DNA of 63,226 nucleotides, filler included, from Reclinomonas americana ATCC 50394 (Eukaryota): NCBI GenBank assembly GCA_048213135.1. It is 5 parts of 2 records of this genome, joined end to end, with 100 filler letters (N's around TTAATTAATTAA, not from the genome) between each part and the next. Parts side by side here need not be neighbours in the genome. Positions count along the whole stretch, not along the records: positions 53,355 to 63,226 come from PS015630.1; 4 more parts are not named here. One strand, 5' to 3'. Shown piece by piece: positions 57,585 to 63,226 of this stretch (position 1 is its first letter; each line of letters starts with the position of its first letter). The notes under the pieces were generated by a model. It saw only the letters and a program-made list of their open reading frames with translations, ran no database searches and was not told where the DNA came from. The position numbers and the translations under genes were made by a program.

Positions 57585-59089
57585 TTCCTCCTCGCCCACA
57601 ATCTCCGCATTGATGCGCTTGACGGCCACTGCGTGTAGAGAGAGAGAGATGAGCGACGAGCTGCAGTTACGTTCACACGGGGCATGTGCGCGGTGTCACC
57701 TTCGAGTTCACGATAGCGAGCCAAGAACACGTCGCCAAAGGAGCCCTGACCGATCTTGCGGACCATCTGCACCTCACTGCGGGTGATGACACGCGGCTCG
57801 TCGCGGCCACTCAGTGTACCTGTGCTCACATAATCAGATGTGAAGGGCGAGGAGAGAGGGAAAGGTGGTAAAAGCGCACCGTAGCGCTTGTGCGGCTGAT
57901 CAAAGTAGTCCTTCAGCAGGCTGTCGCTGTTGATGGGCTCAAACATGACGGCACGCACGCCCGAGTTGGCCGTGTCCTCGGCAAAGTAAAAGTACAGGGC
58001 GGGACCGAATGGCAGCGACTGCACGAGATCGGAGAGAATCTCGAAACTGCCGAGAGAATTGCGAGTCAGGCGACGCCAGACACCTTGAGGATGAAAAGGA
58101 AAGGGGCACATCGCACCAGTAGCCGGTGCACGAGTTGCGGGCGGCTAGGTAGTTGGCAATGGCGCTGAAGAGGAACACGCCGATAATGTAGAGGGCGAGC
58201 CAGATCTCCGCTCGACCCGCCGCAATCACCAGCCACTGCCAGAGGAGTGTGCACACGGCGGCCACGAGGAAAATGGTGAACACAACGCCCGTGAAGAGCA
58301 GCTCCGCCGCCAAGGTGTTTCCGGGTACCGCCAGTCGAATGACAATCTGGCGAGAGGGAATGTGCGTCGTGAGGCGGCTGTTCACTTGCAAGCTGGGTGA
58401 AGCGAGAGCCAAACCAGTGGAATCACAAAGATGAGTGTCATGACGGTGGCGGCAATCATGGCCACCTTGAACGGACGACGAGAGAGGCGACTCGACAGGA
58501 ACAGGCACAACATGTAGGCCATGATGAAGACCTGGCCACCGAGGCCGACGCCAAAGCTGAGACACAGAGAACAAAAAAGGACGTGAGCGTCGATCTCCCA
58601 CGTGGAGACCAGCGACCACGCCACGCAACCCAAACAGCGTCGACAGAACACCCCACTCGTCCTCCGGGCCCAACAGAATGTGCCCCAGAGCCGCCGCCGT
58701 GTACACCACCGCACTGAAGACCAGGAAGCGGTAGTGCTGGGGGCGAAGTGGACGTGCCTTGGGACAGCAACCACTGTTGCTCTCTCGCAGACGCGAGCGG
58801 CTGTTTCGTCGGTGTGCGCGCTTGCCGTCTGTGATGGCGAAAAGCAAGGGTGGCGGAGAGTGAGACGGAGGGGAGGGAGGAGGAGAAAGGGAAGGGGAGT
58901 GAGTGAGAGAGAGGAAAGAGAGGAGGAAGGAGAAGGAGAGAGAGAGAGACAGAGAGACAAAGAGAAAGATGCATCTCATACACGCAACGCTTGCGATCCT
59001 CATCCTTGATCAACGCCGCACGCCCCGCCTCCACGTCATCCTCAGCCTCCGCCACCAACTTGCGCCGATTCCGCTTCGGTGGCGCTTGT
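57585..59089 (-). CDS. Multi-pass membrane domain (6 visible TMs) fused to kinase subdomains I-II; 7TMK-like receptor kinase, 5' part
   Basis: Six hydrophobic segments ending GYCFEILSDLVQSLPFGPALYFYFAEDT, then VITRSEVQMVRKIGQGSFGDVFLARYRELE|VAVKRINAEIVGEEE running into the gap. Confidence 0.8.
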
Positions 59090-59361
59090 CTATGTATTTC
59101 ACGAGAGGGAGAGACGGAGGGAACGCGCCAAATGACGACGGAAGAAATCAAATGCACGTCAGCAAATGCACACACGCGGGGAGAGAGAGCACAAAAGAGA
59201 GAGTGTGTGTAAGCGAGCGCAGTGAGTGACTGCGAGAGAATGTGTGAGAGAAAACAAAGAGAGCGCGCAGTGTTGAGAGAAGTGCGTTCTCTCTGTGTGT
59301 TCTCTTCCTGTGCTCTCTCTCACACGCACACACACGCACTATCACACACAGTTTGTGAGAG

Positions 59362-59392
<31 letters not shown>

Positions 59393-59691
59393 CAGTGAGA
59401 GTGTGAGAGTGTGCGTGAGAGAGAAATCATGAGAGAATGTGCGTTCTCTCTGTTTGTTCTCTTCATGTACTCTCCCTGTGCTCACACACNNNNNNNNNNN
59501 NNNNNNNNNNNNNNNNNNNNNNNNNNNNNNNNNNNNNNNNNNNNNNNNNNNNNNNNNNNNNNNNNNNNNNNNNNNNNNNNNNNNNNNNNNNNNNNNNNNN
59601 NNNNNNNNNNNNNNNNNNNNNNNNNNNNNNNNNNNNNNNNNNNNNNNNNNNNNNNNNNNNNNNNNNNNNNNNNNNNNNNNNNNNNNNNNNN

Positions 59692-60855
59692 CCGCTCTCG
59701 ACCACCTCGAACGTGGGGCGGTGAATGGCCCAGCTGTAGCTCTCTGCATCCCGCGGCGATGAGCAGTGATTGAGCAAGAGAGAGTGACGGAGAAGAGACA
59801 GACAAACCAGACGACGACGGGCACACGCTGACATGAGAACCCGGCCACAAAGAGTAAACGCTGACATAAAACCCGTCGTGGCGTGTCTGTGATCTCAGCA
59901 CCGTGTCAGCTGCGCCCGTTTGAATGTCAACGTGAAAAGCTGCGCCTTCGCCGGTGTTGCACAGCAACGAGCGGCCATCTGGCAGCACCGACACGGGCTT
60001 CTTGACAAAGCCGCGCGAGATTGGTGCCTCCAACGCCGGCTCCACATGACTCACGAGGCTGCCCGACGCCACATCCCACACACTGACGCGCAGCTGCCCG
60101 GGTGGGCCCGCATAATCTCGGCTTCTGTACGTTGTGTTTGTCGTGCAAACCAGCAGCTGCGCTCCCTCCTGCAGAAAGTCAACGTGCAAATGTGCATCGT
60201 CTCTTGTTGGCGACACCCACAGCAGCCGCTGGTGCTCAGCAATGGCGCCGGTGAGCGACAACCGACACACGTGCGCTCCGGAGCGATCAGAGGCCGCCGC
60301 CACGAGACAAGTCCTCGAGTCCCCAGGCGACACCATGATCGCCAGCCTGAAGAACGGCGACTGCGACACGTTGCCGTCCTCTGTCACACACAGTCGCTCG
60401 ACCGCCGCATGCACGACGCCGCGCAGCCTGTCAATGCGCGGAAGCTCCAGTTGCGTGCGATCCCTGCGTCGTTGCGCGTCGAGCAGGGCAGAGGTGCGAA
60501 ACACTGCCACGTTGCCGCCTCGTGTGCCCGCGGCGAACAGAGTGCCACACGGCGAGAACCTGCAGGCGACAACCTCGCTCGGAAACTCGCTCACGCAACA
60601 CAGCAGATCGCCCGTGTGTGCTTCGTAGGCCCACAGCACTCCTTGTTTGTTCTCGACGCCTCTGGGCCGCCCGTCAACGTACCGATGTTGAATGCCCTCT
60701 TCGTGTGACCAGCGATAGGCGCTGGGCATGTTGCCGCACACGAGCACGAAGCGTCCGTCGGGCGAGATGCATGCATTACTTTGAGTGCACTGTGCCCTCA
60801 GCGTGTTGTACCTGGCAGGCAGACTAATCTGCACAAAGCGCGACTCCTTGCTCAT
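59692..60855 (-). CDS. WD40/beta-propeller protein (3' end in gap)
   Basis: ACISPDGRFVLV, VVACRFSPCGTLFAAGTRGGNVAVF, VSVWDVASGSLV and VLPDGRSLLC. ATG at 60855. Confidence 0.75.
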
Positions 60856-60962
60856 GGACGGAAAGAAAAGATGAATAAATGAATAAAGGCGGACGGACGC
60901 GAATGAGGGACAACTAAACAGCTTCATGCTTAAAAAAGCTCTCTCTCTCTCTCTCTCTCAAC

Positions 60963-61139
60963 CTACACCACCCACTGGTGCTTGAAATGGCACCTGGGGT
61001 CGACACCATCGGCCTCGCTGTCCACCGGCAGCTGCTTCATCGGAAGTTTCAGTCGAGCGATTTCCTCGACGTCCAGCGAGAACCACACGTCTTCCTGCCC
61101 GAGGGTGGTCCACTGCGGATCGATCTCCACCATGTTGCA
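60963..61139 (-). CDS. Orphan terminal exon, probably the last exon of the FkbM methyltransferase
   Basis: Phase-0 acceptor followed by CNMVEIDPQWTTLGQEDVWFSLD..HQWVV*, with coding-like GC3. Confidence 0.5.
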   Translation of the reverse strand, partial: CNMVEIDPQWTTLGQEDVWFSLDVEEIARLKLPMKQLPVDSEADGVDPRCHFKHQWVV

Positions 61140-62170
61140 CTGCACGGAGTGTATGAGCAGAAGCAGGGCACGGACGGGGAGANNNNNNNNNNNNNNNNNN
61201 NNNNNNNNNNNNNNNNNNNNNNNNNNNNNNNNNNNNNNNNNNNNNNNNNNNNNNNNNNNNNNNNNNNNNNNNNNNNNNNNNNNNNNNNNNNNNNNNNNNN
61301 NNNNNNNNNNNNNNNNNNNNNNNNNNNNNNNNNNNNNNNNNNNNNNNNNNNNNNNNNNNNNNNNNNNNNNNNNNNNNNNNNNNNNNNNNNNNNNNNNNNN
61401 NNNNNNNNNNNNNNNNNNNNNNNNNNNNNNNNNNNNNNNNNNNNNNNNNNNNNNNNNNNNNNNNNNNNNNNNNNNNNNNNNNNNNNNNNNNNNNNNNNNN
61501 NNNNNNNNNNNNNNNNNNNNNNNNNNNNNNNNNNNNNNNNNNNNNNNNNNNNNNNNNNNNNNNNNNNNNNNNNNNNNNNNNNNNNNNNNNNNNNNNNNNN
61601 NNNNNNNNNNNNNNNNNNNNNNNNNNNNNNNNNNNNNNNNNNNNNNNNNNNNNNNNNNNNNNNNNNNNNNNNNNNNNNNNNNNNNNNNNNNNNNNNNNNN
61701 NNNNNNNNNNNNNNNNNNNNNNNNNNNNNNNNNNNNNNNNNNNNNNNNNNNNNNNNNNNNNNNNNNNNNNNNNNNNNNNNNNNNNNNNNNNNNNNNNNNN
61801 NNNNNNNNNNNNNNNNNNNNNNNNNNNNNNNNNNNNNNNNNNNNNNNNNNNNNNNNNNNNNNNNNNNNNNNNNNNNNNNNNNNNNNNNNNNNNNNNNNNN
61901 NNNNNNNNNNNNNNNNNNNNNNNNNNNNNNNNNNNNNNNNNNNNNNNNNNNNNNNNNNNNNNNNNNNNNNNNNNNNNNNNNNNNNNNNNNNNNNNNNNNN
62001 NNNNNNNNNNNNNNNNNNNNNNNNNNNNNNNNNNNNNNNNNNNNNNNNNNNNNNNNNNNNNNNNNNNNNNNNNNNNNNNNNNNNNNNNNNNNNNNNNNNN
62101 NNNNNNNNNNNNNNNNNNNNNNNNNNNNNNNNNNNNNNNNNNNNNNNNNNNNNNNNNNNNNNNNNNNNNN

Positions 62171-63195
62171 GGACAACCGCGACGTGGTGGAACGCACAGT
62201 CACCGAGCGCCCACTGCTGCGTGCACTGCTGCGTGTGAGCGACTCGGTGAAGCAGAGTGAGCATGCGGCGAGCAGTGGCCGCACACGGTCGCCAGTGGAC
62301 GTGTGGACGCGTGAGCTGACGGCCGAGGAGAAGGGCGGCTTTGAGGGAGCTCTGCGACTGGATCCCGCCGCGCCCAGGTTCATGCTGCGCGCCACCCGCA
62401 CAGATCCGCCGTTCTACATGGCGCTGCCGGACTCGGATCGCTCCAACATGGTCTCCATGCCCTCTCGCTCTCCCTCCCTTTCCTCCCTCTCCTCCCCTGT
62501 CTGTCTCTCTCACAATCGCCTATATGCAGTTCGTCATCAAGTCGGGCTTGTGGGCGCTGACCGAGACCTCCATCTTCCACCGCGTGCTGAGCAAGCACTG
62601 CCGCAATGTGCCGGCGGGCAAGAAGGCGCCGGTGGTGCTGGATGTGGGTGCCTTTGCGGGCTACTTTGGCCTGATGGCGGCGGCGTATGGCTGCCGAGTG
62701 CATCTGTTTGAGCCGGTGCCGGAGCAGGTGGCCCTGATCAAGCTGAGTGTGCGACTCAACGGCTTCTCCGACGAGCAGGTGAAGGTGTGGCACGCGGTGG
62801 TGGGGCGATTCAGCGGCGAGGGCTTTGGGTTGATCAAGTCGGCCAAGTACGCCATGACCACGGAGGTGGCGCGTTTGCCGCGTGGCGTGGTGCCGAGCCT
62901 GGCGTTGGAGGATGTGCCGCTCGAGCCCGACGACGAGATTGTGATGTTCAAGTGCGACGTCGAGGGCTTCGAGTTCCCAGTGCTGCAGGGAGCCGAGGGC
63001 CTGTTCCGGCGCCACCGCGTGCGCAACGTGGTGATGGAGATGAAGGAGCGACCGCAGTCGGTGGAGACTCGTGCGCAAAAGCTGGAGATTCTGTGGAACC
63101 ACTTCCGCCGCCACGGACCCGTGCGCGCCGTCAACTGGCGCGAGTGCTACTGGTCTCTCGTGCCGCCGTCGTACACCATGGACCCGAAGGATCAG
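62171..63195 (+). CDS. FkbM-family SAM-dependent methyltransferase (partial)
   Basis: VVLDVGAFAGYFGLMAA, VHLFEPVP, LSVRLNG, MFKCDVEGFEFPVLQGA and NVVME. Main exon 62530-63195. Confidence 0.9.
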
Positions 63196-63226
63196 GTTCG
63201 CGTTCGCGCCTTGCTCGACGTCGGTC

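Noticed and set aside
49572..63226. LanC-like gene plus kinase, methyltransferase and glycosyltransferase as a lanthipeptide/RiPP cluster
   Set aside because: The LanC is the stand-alone eukaryotic LANCL type. I found no dehydratase, lyase or precursor peptide. The neighbours are ordinary signalling or housekeeping families.

Overview
Gene-dense, intron-rich eukaryotic nuclear scaffold from a protist, probably an amoebozoan (inferred from a multi-TM TKL kinase like Dictyostelium 7TMK; not certain). It uses the standard code, mostly 55-75 nt introns, many microsatellites and many N-gaps. I traced about 19 spliced genes by hand: acetate kinase; a Ubl + putative HEPN + NB-ARC + helical-repeat NLR-like protein; an orphan TF-like protein; an orphan; CABIN1/HIR3; a coiled-coil GAR protein; an ankyrin protein; three tandem longins; GCN5; a Tom6-like protein; NDUFB2; a Rab34/36-like GTPase; TMEM260; LanCL; a multi-TM TKL kinase; a WD40 protein; and an FkbM methyltransferase. 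Four highlights: (1) the NLR-like STAND ATPase with a candidate RNase effector; (2) a recurrent atypical 5' splice site, GTTGCG, inferred at 17 introns, including 5 of 8 in the Rab gene; (3) a longin paralogue that has lost most of its SNARE motif; (4) two contigs that appear misoriented and split a kinase and a methyltransferase. All family calls come from motif recognition by eye; no searches were run. Exon structures are inferred from reading-frame continuity, not transcripts.
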